The notes: generated by a model not told the origin, from the sequence alone. A stretch of 63,790 nt of DNA, filler included, from Basidiobolus ranarum (GCA_040143965.1; 14 parts of 14 records of this genome joined end to end with filler, not necessarily neighbours in it); one strand, 5' to 3'; shown: positions 10,890 to 24,119, numbered from the whole stretch's first letter. Numbers and translations: made by a program.

Positions 10890-12029
10890 ATGAATTATAT
10901 TACTTTATCCACTCGGTCTGCACTCACAGGTGTAGGAATTGTTGGCGGGGTAGCATTATCCTACCATTTAGCAGGTATTCCCCACATCTTGATCTAATTT
11001 AAACATGAAGTACTAAAATTTTTGCAGGCAGATATTTTTCGGCCTCGAGCAAAGCTGCGCTTACTTCAAGACAAACCAGACTAAACCCGGAGAACAACAG
11101 CTTGTCCAAGTTCGGCTTCAGTGCTACGGTAGAGTTCATTTATGTCTCGGATTTTGCGGTAGAACAATCCCTAACCTTTTCAATAGCTCAAAACTAGTCA
11201 AGATGTCTCTGCCGACTGCAAAAGGCTGGTTTTTGCTTTACCTGAGCCTACTCAAACATTGAAGAATTACGCTTCCTCGCATGTGTTGATAAGAAATGGA
11301 TGGACAGTTAGACCCTACTCTCCTATTTCAGAGCCTAATAGAGTTGGGGAGATGGAGCTGCAAATTAAGAAATATCCAGGTACAGTGGCTGTCTAAAGCG
11401 AGATACATCAATACTTCACGTACCAACATACAAATTTCAATGTAGGAGGGAAGATGTCAAGCTTCTTACACTCATTAGTTCCAGGGGACAGCATCACAGT
11501 GTACGGCCCAATGCATGCCTATAAGCATGACGCGGAGAAGTACCCCAACATTGTTATTATGGCAGCTGGCACCGGCATTAATCCAGTGGTAATAATGACT
11601 ATTCAATTCATATCTATACTCATTCTTAACTGTCTTACCCTCTTGTAGTATCAACTACTGTTACATCTCTTAAATCCAGCATCTCCAAATAACCGCATCA
11701 CTCTACTCTATGCCAATCGCTCACCAAGTGATATTCTCTTGCGAGCGGAATTAGATGATTTAGCTAAAGCCTATCCCGAGCAGCTCAAAGTGCACTATAC
11801 TGTTTCGGATGCACCAGCTTCCTGGAAGGGCCATGTAGGCAGAATTGATTTACCCATGATTCAGCAGAATGTGGACTTAAGCGAGTCAGTGTTTGGAAAT
11901 GCTAAAGTTCTAGTCTGTGGTCCACCAGGCTTTGAGGCATCTTTGGTTGGAGAGAAAAAATTCTTTCAAAGCAAGAAAGGATTATTGCATGAACTAGGAT
12001 TCAAGAAAGAGCATATCACAGTCTTGTAA
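10890..12029 (+). CDS. NADH-cytochrome b5 reductase (MCR1/CBR1 family) with N-terminal membrane anchor
   Basis: Five GT-AG exons; motifs VRPYSPIS, IKKYPGGKMSSFLH, MAAGTGINP, LLYANRSPSDILL, VCGPPGF. Confidence 0.93.
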
Positions 12030-12406
12030 TGATTTTGAGTCAAAGAGCAAACCACAGCATTGTAACCATTTTAAATGGCAACTTATAAACATCACTAAAT
12101 TATATAACTAATAGTAGGCTAGGCCAAGGATTGTTACTATTATATATACTGATACTAATTTAGACTTAGGGTTAGGTGTAGTTCATTCCATCTGAACCTC
12201 GGTATTAGTTTCTTATCAATCAGATATACTTATGACTCACAACAGTGGTATCAGGCCAATCATATATGCATATTTCAAATGAATGTAATAATTAGTCATT
12301 TTTATCCCTTTGAACACGAACATAATCGAATGCAAACTTGAGAATGTCCAGTCACATCCAGCAGAGATAAATACCTTGGAGGGGAAGTTCTGGAGCACTA
12401 TTGAAA

Positions 12407-13636
12407 ATGACTATTCAAGATCTAATTCCAATCACTCCAGTTGCCCCGTTTCTTTACCAGATTGAATATCCTTTTCCTGATAAAGCAGCTGAAACCCGAG
12501 TTTTCCGATGGTTAATTTCAAAATTACCTACCAGTTCTTCCCTTCTAGGTATATTTGTACGTCCGTTTGCCACACCTACTCAATTTCCAAATAGTACTGA
12601 GGAAGATGGAAGAATATCTACTGACTGTTTGGCCTCTGAACCCTTGTTATTCACCAACACAGCATCAATTACCACTCCATCTGCAGAAGTTCAGCAGGAA
12701 TCGGACCAAATCGAAGTGTTTTTACATTATTTCGGCACCAGTTTGAAGTTATATATATCTTCAGAAAAGGTTTTATCCTTCGAGAGATACGAAATAGGCG
12801 AAAATGGAAGAGCAGTGTTTGAAAGGGAGGAAATGCAAGTATTATATGAAAAAAGCGTTCTAGTATTGAGTTCTATACTTGATAATTGCTTTGATTTTCG
12901 GTTAACAGGTAAGCAGAAAATAGAGAGTTGGTTTAATTGAGAAAAATGATACTGATTTTAGTCATTGACTTTGGTGGAATTTCAGTAAATCTATCGAGTA
13001 TAAATGAATTATGGAGTGAATGCTTTATTTCTCGTGGAAAGTTAGGATATCGCATTCCATCTTTCAAACTATCCTTAGCTTCAACAAGTCTACCTCTGGA
13101 AGGCAGGAATGTTTTGGAGAAGATGAACCTAAATTTACCACTAATTGGTGAGGATTTGATGGATGATAGTCTCTCCCAAAAAGACCTCGATCAGGTAAAT
13201 CATGGGTGAATCTTCACAATGGAAGCTTTTATATTAACATTTTTACCAACAACCTCAGACTCTAGAGTACAACAAACTTAAATTCCCACGAGCCTACATG
13301 GACGACTGTGCGAAAGTTTCACACTGTCTACGCTCCAAGCGTACCGGTTCTCCAGTGTCGTGGGGAATGACACATGGGGATATGGCAGTAGCATGCTTAC
13401 ATACACTAGGGGATTATCGTCAACGCTCTTTAGGCCGTAAAGTTATGTATGAATTGGCTTTAAAGCATGTAGATCTTCATCGAAAGCATCTTCCATACGA
13501 AGAGAACGAAACAATCTATGTACACGCTGATACCGAAACCTGGAACGATGCCACAGTAAAAATGATGCAGAAATGGGGCTACCAGAGTTTACTGAAAAAT
13601 GAATGGTTCTCTGTGGTACCATATGATATAAAGTAG
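12407..13636 (+). CDS. GNAT acetyltransferase with C-terminal FR47-like domain
   Basis: Three exons (introns ~12909-12961 and ~13194-13258); PVSWGMTHGDMAVACLHTLGDYRQRSLGRKV acetyl-CoA motif A and N.A..KMMQKWGY motif B. Confidence 0.8.
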
Positions 13637-13741
13637 AGTTANNNNNNNNNNNNNNNNNNNNNNNNNNNNNNNNNNNNNNNNNNNNTTAATTAATTAANNN
13701 NNNNNNNNNNNNNNNNNNNNNNNNNNNNNNNNNNNNNNNNN

Positions 13742-14612
13742 GACCTGGGTATAATGACTCTGGTGCAAGTCTCAGTCTCGATTGATTTGACACCTGAGCA
13801 ATTGGGACCAGAAATGATTCCCAACATATGTGCATCAATATTTAACTCTTTGCAGTGCATGTTACACTTTGAAAAATATGCGAGTTCATAAAATGAATGT
13901 TCAGATCAATCAGTCAGCGCACAAGATGTCATCTACTTCAAATTCCACTTACATGTGATTGCTCTAAACGCACAATTTCCTGTCTAACTTTCTCAACAGA
14001 ACTAGGTTTTCCGTTGATTGAGAGGTAGGTATCATTCGACCCGCTCTTGAAGTCAGCAAATACCTCAGTATTGACTGGACTAAAGTTGATATCCACTCCT
14101 TCATCTCTGATGATATCGTCAATTTGGACCTGAACTTCTGGTTTCCAGGTATCACCTTCGCACAGATCCCTGCGACAACGAACCTTTAAGGTTACACTCG
14201 CCTGAATAAATAGCAAAGGTCAACAGTACGCTCAAATGTCTGAGCACCGATAGTTTATGAAAATTACCTCTGATGGATATTTCTCCAGCAGAGAACGCTG
14301 AGTAGCGATGATTTGAGAGGGCGGTCCTGACAAGAGGATCACGTAACGAGTGGCGGCACTTGCGCCCTCCACAGAAAAGGTATTTAATGTAATGGGTTTG
14401 ATTTCGTAAGAGCAAGGTGACTCAATAATACTTTCACAGAATTGAGTCAGTTTACTCAGCGATAGGCCATGGAATTCATATGGACAATTGGGTGGGGTAG
14501 TTGGGGTGTTCTTGTTAGATATGTTATCAATGGTGCTGTGTTGTTTACTAATATCGTGAGTAGTGTTGAGAACAGGCTGAGCGAGAGAGAAAGCTACGAG
14601 TACAGAGTTCAT
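13742..14612 (-). CDS. KH-domain RNA-binding protein (Mug60/YLL032C-like), 3' truncated
   Basis: Spliced ORF: ILLSGPPSQIIATQRSLL, INGKPSSVEKVRQEIV, and a KH-like IDAHMLGIISGPNCSGVKSIETETCTRVIIP. Confidence 0.7.
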
Positions 14613-16556
14613 TGCTGGTAATCAAAAATTAGGAGATATATCGAGAGTGCGAGTAAATACTGATAGGTTTGAGATTCAGGCAACGAACCTGATCTTATAT
14701 AGTCTCTAGTTCGAGGTAAAATGGAGGCAGGTGGGTCTGGAATAAAACTAGGCAAACATTAAGAGCAGGCAAGGATGTAACAAAGTTATTCACGGAAAAA
14801 CACCAAATAACAGACGTTCAGTTAATTCCCTTAGCAGTCGCATCGGCAATCTAAACATTGTTCATTTCCCTCAGAGCCTCATCTCTATTAGATCCTGCTT
14901 CAACCTTCTTCCCCGCAACTCTAAATATCCACCAATTATATATCAGTATACAATGTGATTTACCAACAATAATTGTTCAAGATGAATATCATTGTCCTTC
15001 TCGCACTAATTTCGTGCTTTGCATGGCGCGCTTATTGTGGATCGTCAGCTGCTTTGGGTGGGCTTCGCTATGTGCATCGTACTCTAAATACTCGTACATG
15101 CTAAATAGATCGCTGCATAACTGGCTGTATTCCAAGTGATTTCATTTCCCCCATATGAGGAAACGTGCGTGTTGTAAGAGTCCTATTGTTTAGTAAATAC
15201 TAGAACGCAATCAGGGAATGCATTTGCCAACTCTTCGCCTAGATATTTCATGGATTCTTGTATGCGTCTTGGGAATTGTTTTTAATGCTTAGGATGTTCG
15301 TACATCCTAACCATTATCTGCACGTTTTTATCACATAAAATGGATTCTTGACGTGAGATGAGTGATGCGTATCTGCAGCTCTATTTAGTTCCCGATCAAT
15401 CGTTAACAATGCAATCAACATCAATGCCCAGATTCCCAAAAACGCGTCTCAGTAGCTGGATTAATGTATCCAGGTGAGATACTGATGCTGCTGTCTTGAA
15501 TAAACGTCATTCCTAACAAATACTTGTCTCCTGAGAAGGGTTGATTGCATTGGAATAAACCCGTTCAATTCTAAAGTCAGATATACTTTTAATTGAGGTT
15601 TTAAATATGGATAAGAAGTTAACCGTCTCTAGGCAGGTGGCGGTCCCCCGAAATATCGTGAGAGCTCGAGAAACGTTAGTGAGCTGCTAGAATCCCTTAG
15701 TAGCGGTAGTTCAGGTAGAGTTTAAGGGGCAATTTGAAATAGTTACCTCTTGCTCTAACTACGGTGCAACATTGGAGCATATCAGTGACAGTTGAGGCAC
15801 TAGAAACTCTATTTCCTCAAGTACATGTTATAAAAACCAAATAAGACTTTTCCAAAAAATTTGAAACTGAAGCATCAATTTATTGACAGTTCATAGATAA
15901 TCATAAGAGATCACATAACACAAAGCTCTGATTATCTCTCGAATTTAGAATCTGGATTAATACTCTTATCTTAGCAAAGGACTGATTCGTTAGGTTTAAT
16001 GGTATGTTGATGTATTCTAAAGAACTGCATTCCTTATATAAATGGTGCACCTCTTTAATCAGTAGTAATAATGAACACTTTCAGATAGAGTGTAGCAGCT
16101 ACTAGGTGGTGAAAAATATGGATATGATGACTTAAATATAGGAGAAATCGTTTGAATGACGTGAATGTAAGTACACCAGATCGATTACTAATACATATAA
16201 AGCACAGTTAGTGGCATAATTGAGGCTGCCCAAGGTTCGATTCCTTGGCTATATATTTGTAATTTTTTCTAATACTGAGTTCCAATTGATACCTATCTCT
16301 ATAGTACCGTTGTCTATGTAGACTCTGATGTGATGTACATTGAATGGTTCTAAAACGAACAGTGAATTTTTTTGTCGTGCGTAATGACCGTTGCCAATCT
16401 AAAGAAACTTGATACTAATGGCTTCATGAACTGCGCTTCAAATTTAATCGATTGAGGAGTGTATCTTGTCAAACTAATGAAGATTATTTTATAAACAAAG
16501 ATATACAATATATATAGTGAGCTTTGACGAGCAAAATCGGCGAAAGTATAACTACA

Positions 16557-18188
16557 CTAATTCATAGAAACATCTAAGCGATTTAACTTGGCGTAAATAT
16601 CCATTGACATTCTAAATTGAATCATTCCGGCGAACACCATCAGTGCTCGGACTTTTTGACGAATGTAGAGCATTTTCTAATAAATTCGTCGTTTACTGTT
16701 AGCTTAGTATCACCACCAACATAAAAATGGCAAACAATTACATACATTTTGACGAGTAAGATCAATACATGGCGAATCTCTCAAAGGACCATATATTTTA
16801 GAGAGCACATTCATGGTTGTCAACAAAACATCGGGAAAATGCCGGCTAACGTTTTCATCTAATTCCTTAAAATCTTCAACTTTCCGACTTATTAAGCCCA
16901 CATCGTTCTCGAATGGAATAATCTTCAAGGCTTCAATGGCCTAAAATAAGATATTACTTAGTAATACTCCACAATAATAAATTCGTTTTCAAAAAAACCA
17001 CAATACCACTAGCGCATCCTCCCAACGACTACTGTTAGCAAGTGATTTGAATTCCAACAGCTTTAGGAGGATTCTACAAGCTTCCCGGTGCTGTTTAGAT
17101 ACCTTTGAAATCTTTTCTGGGTTGTGTATATAGTGTGAGATAATCTCTTCGGGAGTAGTAGTTACATTAGATGTAGTTGATAAACCAGCAATCCCAGAGA
17201 TATCATTCGAGAAAAATTGTTGTTGCTGAAAGGGGGCGGCTAGAGAGTCGGACAACTGCTTAATTATAATCGTAAAGACTGTGTCATAGTCCTCAACTAA
17301 ATCGTAGAGCTTGAGAGCATCTCTAAATTCCCCTTTATTATAATTTCTCTCAGCCGTACGTTTGATAAGATCCCTAACAAATTCTTGCCCGTTCTTAATG
17401 GAAATAAGGGGAAGGTATCTTTCAATAGCACCAAGTTCGTGCGTCCCATTTGGCCTCAAATCACCCAATAATGCTCGATAATCACCAGTCTCCATCGTTA
17501 AATTGCAGATATAATTATGGCAAAAAGAAATATAGTCTCCACTTACATATTTCCCAAAAATCCCCAATATGCAAAGGTAGTGCAGGGCTTCCAAAGGGTC
17601 GGAGCGAGTAAATATACTGGTATATTGATGAATCATGCGAGAAATATTGAATGAAACAGACTCAAGCCCGATAAGATCTTGGTTCTTGATCAAAAGATCC
17701 ATACCCAGACTTTGTAAGTCCTTGGGAACTCGAAGAAGACCGTAATACGATAAAGCGATTGCGAAGTGCACAGCTTCCACTTGATATCTGTTCGACACAT
17801 AAAGGTAATGAACAGCCCTTTCAAATTGACCACTAATCAATAGAACTTGGAAATAGTGTATAGGATTGTTCCCTTTGGGGTTGAAGTGCGCAGCTCCAAA
17901 TTTAAGTAGAAGGCTTTGTAAATCTCGCAAAGAATACCTTTCTTGGATTGTATCACTGGGCTCGATAGACTCTCTGATGAGTGTCAGCTGAAGCCAGAGG
18001 TAATCCTCAATAGTTTGAATTACCTCACTGACTGTCTTCTGCTTTAACTCGCACCGGCCAAGAATCTTGAACACAGCTATCTTATATGGGTCTGGGTTAT
18101 CGCGAATGTTACGAGTCTGTAGGGAGTATTCAGAAAGTAGGCGCTCACGCATCATCCAAATCTGCCCTGCACAGTTGCCCCTGGGCAC
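16557..18188 (-). CDS. NIC96: Nuclear pore scaffold nucleoporin Nic96/Nup93, C-terminal part (5' truncated)
   Basis: DPYKIAVFKILGRCEL, TIEDYLWLQL, YFQVLLISGQFERAV, VEAVHFAIALSYYGLL; two further spliced exons ending ALMVFAGMIQFRMSMDIYAKLNRLDVSMN*. Confidence 0.95.
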
Positions 18189-21100
18189 TGAGTAATGCGT
18201 CCTGAAACGCCTAGNNNNNNNNNNNNNNNNNNNNNNNNNNNNNNNNNNNNNNNNNNNNTTAATTAATTAANNNNNNNNNNNNNNNNNNNNNNNNNNNNNN
18301 NNNNNNNNNNNNNNCTGATCAGAGGATATTATCACAATCTGGAGAATAGACATCCATAGCTGGTAATTGTTTGTTAGCGTGATGATTTTGCTGGAAAGTA
18401 GCATATTGTTGTGCCCAATCAATACGACACATATCCAATCATCTCCACTGGACTGTTCAAAAAAGGCTGATCCGTTTCCTGTACCATGGTGGCTCACTTT
18501 GGAATGAAAGATGCGATGGTACAAGGACGGAGTGGCCCCAATTATCGCCAAGTGTTTTGGTAGAGTTTCAGCTTGTCTTACGCTTCCTATTTAAACTTAT
18601 CCTCCGGTTACCTAAAGACTTGCTGTGAAGATGAGAATGAGCGCTTCTAGCTTAAGTGGAAAATGGATAATTTGATGATATTTGGCGCTAGCGAATCACT
18701 ATTTGGAAAACTGCACTGACTGTATTGTAATTTAGTCGCTATTACACAACTTCATTAGGGAGCCTTATTAGTAATAAGATCTAATCTTCATTCGCTCCGG
18801 CAGTTGCGCTCTGGAGTGAGCAGGCGGGTGTGTAGAGGCGCCTAACAACCATATGCAGCAAGAAGAAAGGTAGCTTATTTGTCCCTTATCCAGCCAGGGC
18901 CTATGTTCCCTCACACACTTTGTCAATATTTACCAGGCACGTTCTTGACGTGTGCATTTGTACCATTAGAGTCTGGCGCCATGGAATAAATCCAAGACCA
19001 AAACCGAATACAATTGGAGTGTTTGGCTGCTGTTTACGAATCACACCTGGTTGGGGGTGGAAACGGCAACGAAGATAGTAATGGTAATGGCGGAGCTAGA
19101 GACGGTGGTGCTAATGGAAACGGTAATGGCGGTAATGGAGCTGGTCCCTATGATGCCGAAAAGGGGGGTAAAGGTAATGGAGATCAGGATTGTGATAAAT
19201 AGAAAACTTGTGAATCTATATAATCATATTTATGGCTCATATATGTATACTGTGAGATTTAGATGAATAAGCTCAATAAATATACAAACGTATTTTATGT
19301 GTGTTTCTTGAAATGCCTTAAATATTAATGATGTAAAAGATATTAGTTGTTGAAGCGGTATGTATTTACAAAAATTATAACTACGTGTCAAATGTTATTA
19401 TAGAGTAGTAGATTCTCTAATTAATCAATGTTAGTAACCACGATCAATTAATTCACTGTGATTAATGACTAAATTTACATCATGGATTTGATTAGGCATC
19501 TTGGTATAGAGTCTTCGTGACCAGAATCTTAGTATACTAATGTATACTATTGTAACCCCGTTACTGAAACAGAGTCAGTGACAGTCACTATTAGTAAATC
19601 AATAAATGAATGTCAGAATCTTAACCCAAACAAATAATTATTTAGGGGCTTAATTAGTTGTTTGAGGCCATGAAGATTGGCCCATCTAATATAGAAGTAT
19701 ACATATTCTAAAGTGCATGATATTGTATAAAAGAAGCAATACTACTTGTACAAATCCTCACTTACAATTCTTTTTTTCAAAAATTCCTTCTCTATTGGTG
19801 CTACTACACCCTCTCTCTTTATGCTTGTCATCGCAGCACCTGCTCAATGCAATCAATGTGTACTCTCTTTAACCACTAGGTCTATCCCCATAGAGCCTTG
19901 ATAGTCAGCATCTCAATTCATCGCAATATGGATGATAGGTCTAGAACTGTTTCATCCCATCGTTTATCATTCCTGGTAAATACGTTGGTTGAAGCTTAGT
20001 TTTTCTGAACCAAATAGAGTATTTGCCCATACACCGAGAGAAAACAGTTAATAATTACAAGTCTCCAGGACTGAACTGTTTGTTTTGTACTGATTGAGGA
20101 TGCCAATTTATGTGCAATATCACTCAGCTTTTCTCAGTTGCATGAATGTTTAATTTAAGAAGAATGATAGAATTCATCAACTACCGTAAAGAGCTAGAGT
20201 GGTACCATTTCCCATGTATATTGCATGTTAGAATTACAACTGATGAGAATACTTCTGTTTATAATTATACCTCTGAAGATCCTAAGGCTGAAGCATGAAA
20301 TATAACGGCTGCCTAGCTAGATGCGTTAACACCAACTACACTTGTAACTTAGTCTGTATTAGCAATGGTAACACTTGTTGTGGTAGATGGTAGAGCCATA
20401 TTACCATACAATCCAAAATTGAGTGTACTAATATAAATATAACATCCATTAGGGATATATCTTGGAAATATTGAAAACAGATCAAATTTGTCTCAAGCTG
20501 CCAAAATGCTTTTCTCTGTACTCTTAGTACCCTAACAGTAGATGGCTATTGTTATTCCTTTTCACTTCTAATACAAGTATAAATCAATTCAATGAATAAG
20601 GGAAAGTTACATATTTCTTTATGTCAGCCTAAACACTTTCAATTCATCTTGAATACTTGTAGCATACATAAAATACTATAGTTGATTTTGCTTCGTTAAT
20701 AGGGTTCATACATATTAGACGGGGATATATACTACATCGTCAATTATCGACATAGAATATATTTCATTAAATGGAAGCTTGAGATTAGATAACATATTAG
20801 GAATATGTTGTCCACTTAATGAGTTTTTTGCATGCCGATTGAAACAATTTATTAGGTTGGATTATGTCTAAAATAATATTACACTACTGAATAATTAGAC
20901 ACATTTGAGAACGTAACCCTCACTCAAAATGATGCCACCTACTTCCTTACCCTTGGCATCAGCTTAGGACGTATAATTGTTCAGTATTCATACTTAACGA
21001 TGAATATGATAACGGTGAATGCATTGATAAATCTAAACATAAAACTAATACTTGGTAGATTCAGTACAGTGAAGGTTACTCTATTTTTGACGGGGACGCT

Positions 21101-21477
21101 TACATGGACCTTATCAATAGTGAAAATTGCAAATGGGCCGCTAAATTTGTAAATGCCAATAAGTCCCAATTAACTTTACTAGATTGGAAATACCAACCAG
21201 ACTCAATACCTCAGTATGGTTCAAGTTATTACCAAACATAAACAACACTGCTTTGGCGCTACTTCTTTTAACTATGCAATTCCTTCGATATTCAACGTAT
21301 AAATATTAACATGGGAAAAATGTATAGAAATAATGGACATTGAATACTACAGTTTACCTAGAGTTAGAATGGCAGTGAGAGAGTTTCGTAGCCAATCAAT
21401 GAGATAAGTGTATTCTTTATTGAGAACTACACTAGGCTAGAGTATCAAAGAGCCCAAACGACACATACGACTGTTTC

Positions 21478-22017
21478 TTACAAGATTCCAAATCTGTCCA
21501 TTGTTTACCAGGAGATTCGTTTTGTGTCCACCACTTGGTTTGTCAGGGATGTCCTTCAAAAACAACCTTTTGAGAGCCACCATACGCCTTGTTAGCTTCT
21601 CAATTTGCAATACCTGCACAGGCACCAGTACCTGGATTGGTAACAATTGGTTTAGTTGAAGTAACAGTTGTTCAAAGGTGTTTATTGGTGGTTGCTGAAG
21701 AAGGCTTCGCGGTAGAAGTGGATTTTGGATCAGCATTACCGCCATCATTAGTAGCCCCTACTGTAGTAATTGACCTCTTCTCAAGTAACCCGTGACCATC
21801 ACCTTCTCCAATATCCATCTCAGGGATGGTAGGATACCCAGGAAGATTAGCCACCATGAGCTTAGGACCAGTGACCGTTCCACCAGGGGTTCCACCATTA
21901 ATGGTGATATCGATACAATTCATATAGTATTCTCAATTACCTGCAGCATCAACCCATATCCATGCTAGGGTGGCACGCTTACTGGGGGAGCAGTTGCCGG
22001 AATAGGAACGTCTAGTG
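21478..22017 (-). pseudogene. AA11-like lytic polysaccharide monooxygenase with linker and C-terminal CBM5/12 chitin-binding domain, pseudogene
   Basis: RATLAWIWVDAAGN*EYYMNCIDITI (AA11-like NRE.YMNC motif), S/T linker, then CAGIAN*EANKAYGGSQKVVFEGHP*QTKWWTQNESPGKQWTDLESC; three TGA stops, frameshifts, no recognisable N-terminus. Confidence 0.8.
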
Positions 22018-22676
22018 GTCCATTCATATCGTAATCTATATCGCCTATAGATTTGTAATACTTGCTGAAAGTAGATTTACGAGGAGCGGGGATTTGATTT
22101 GAAGTCAGGATATATCTATAGTACCATTACACTCTTAGCTTGGGCAAATTGGAAATGTCTCGTATATGTCTCTGCTCCTCTACTACAAATAGTGATGGAG
22201 AAACTTTCGTGCAACAAACAAGCACAAGATATGTGACACACGCTTTGGAGATTAGTGTGAGGGATTTTTATAATTCTTAAGTTTCAGATCAGCGTGAGTA
22301 ATTTTTACATTTATAAAATCTCTATTGATATTGATCCATTTGCTATCGGCAAGATTTAAGCCAAAGGTAGTAACTGTTCATCTAATTACCATATGATAGA
22401 AGGAATGATTAGATAATATAGTGTTGGTTATACTTGACAAAGTAAGCCCTTTATGTGAACACATTAGCAATATTAACATTGAGTTGATAACATAACTGAC
22501 ATAGTGTGCCGTCTTCGAAAATTTGGATAATATCCATTTTAGTTGCGAAGGTGTATCTTTAACGGAGTTTCTATTACACTTTCTTCAGTTACTTTGAGAG
22601 TTTCACTGATAAAATCCAGTTCAATCGTTTTTATTGATGAGTGGTATATTGCGGTCAAATAAACCGTCAAACAAAG

Positions 22677-22786
22677 TTAACAAGCCCCTATATCGACCCA
22701 AGCACTGCTAGTGTCGGGAGCCTGGCTCTGTGTCCACCATTGAGCCTTCCATAAGTGGCCCTTGTAGGTAACCTTTTGCGACTCGA
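22677..22786 (-). CDS. C-terminal CBM5/12 (ChtBD3-type) chitin-binding domain of an upstream gene (partial)
   Basis: Translates ESQKVTYKGHLWKAQWWTQSQAPDTSSAWVDIGAC*. Confidence 0.88.
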
Positions 22787-22886
22787 NNNNNNNNNNNNNN
22801 NNNNNNNNNNNNNNNNNNNNNNNNNNNNNNTTAATTAATTAANNNNNNNNNNNNNNNNNNNNNNNNNNNNNNNNNNNNNNNNNNNN

Positions 22887-22998
22887 ATCAATTAGAGCAA
22901 TAAACACACGTTTTTGAATGACAGAATTGAGTACTAAATAATCAGAATATGAATAAACTAACTACTAAATAATGAGTTGCTATTTACCTAATTTCAAC
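22887..22998 (-). mobile_element. Partial copia LTR family B
   Basis: Matches the LTR-B end (AATAATGAGTTGCTATTTACCTAATTTCAACA). Confidence 0.75.
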
Positions 22999-24119
22999 AA
23001 TGAAACCATCTCAGGCTTGGTTGAGGAGACTGCAGAAGAGGAATTTTCAGTGTTTTTCTCACTGATCAGGATCTGGTGAGAGAAAGAAAAATTTTCATCA
23101 ATTTTGTTTGCTTTCCTTGATCCTGGATTGTTTTGATTGAAATTTTTCTTCTTCAGCAAGTTCCACATCCCTTGATTTGATTGGCCTCTTATTTTGAGTG
23201 TCATATAGTCTGTACCCTTTGGTTCCATCATAATATCCCATAAAAAACACATCTCTGGCTTTTTTAGTCTAATTCTGATCTCTTCTGGTCTGGAATCATT
23301 GCATGTGCCGTACTTCCAAAAACTCTGAGATTAGCCATATCAGGTTTACTTCCAAACTAAGCTTGCATAGATTTGCAATTGTTTAACTGGTGTCCTGGCT
23401 TGTTACAACCATAGCACAAGCCTGGGTTCCTTCTTTCATAACCTTTGTACTTGCCAAAGCTATGTTTTCCATCTCCAAAAAGAGCCACTTCCTCAGATTC
23501 TTTTTCCAAATTCTTACTTTTGAGGTGTTGATCCATTAGCCTTGCCACCACAAACTCCTAAGACAACTTGTCAGGTCTTGCTTCCAAAGCTGTGACCAAG
23601 TTTGAATACTATTTGGTAGACTACTTATTAGAGTCATAATGACATCTTCTTCCTGTAAAGTTGCACCAATATTTTCCTGTTGTTTTGCCCAATATCTCAC
23701 ATGTGCAATATAAGTAACCATGCTTTCAGACTTTTCCATCTTTATATTGAAGAATTATTGTCTGAGAAAGAATCTATTAGCAAGGCTCTTTGCTTCATAA
23801 CACTCTTCCAATATAGTCCAAGCTTGATGGGCAGTCTTTGCATATTTAATATTCACTAGTTGTGAATCCTTCAAACTCTGACAAATGACATCAATGGCCT
23901 TCTTGTCTCTTTCTTTGTAAGCTTCCAGCAAAGAAGGGTCAGAAGGTTGCTTTTCATCTCCAGAGACTACATCCCAAAGCTCCCTGTCTTCCAGCATTAT
24001 ATGCATCTTGAACTTGCCAAATTTTAACTTTCTCCATCACGTTTTCAACACTTAGGTTAATGAAAGTGGTAGTATAGTTTCCATCATGCTGTAAAGGTTA
24101 GAATATGGAACTCATAACC
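22999..24119 (-). mobile_element. Internally deleted copia element (family C): PBS, gag, zinc knuckle, integrase C-terminal remnant
   Basis: GGTTATGAG PBS (24119-24111); LEDRELWDVVSGDE, AKTAHQAWTILE, CYGCNKPGHQLNNC; SH3-like remnant near 23200-23350. Confidence 0.9.

Noticed and set aside
15289..15310. Perfect 9-bp hairpin TTAGGATGT-TCGT-ACATCCTAA (similar ones at 10134-10155 and ~19627-19664)
   Set aside because: Isolated short inverted repeats in AT-rich DNA without supporting context
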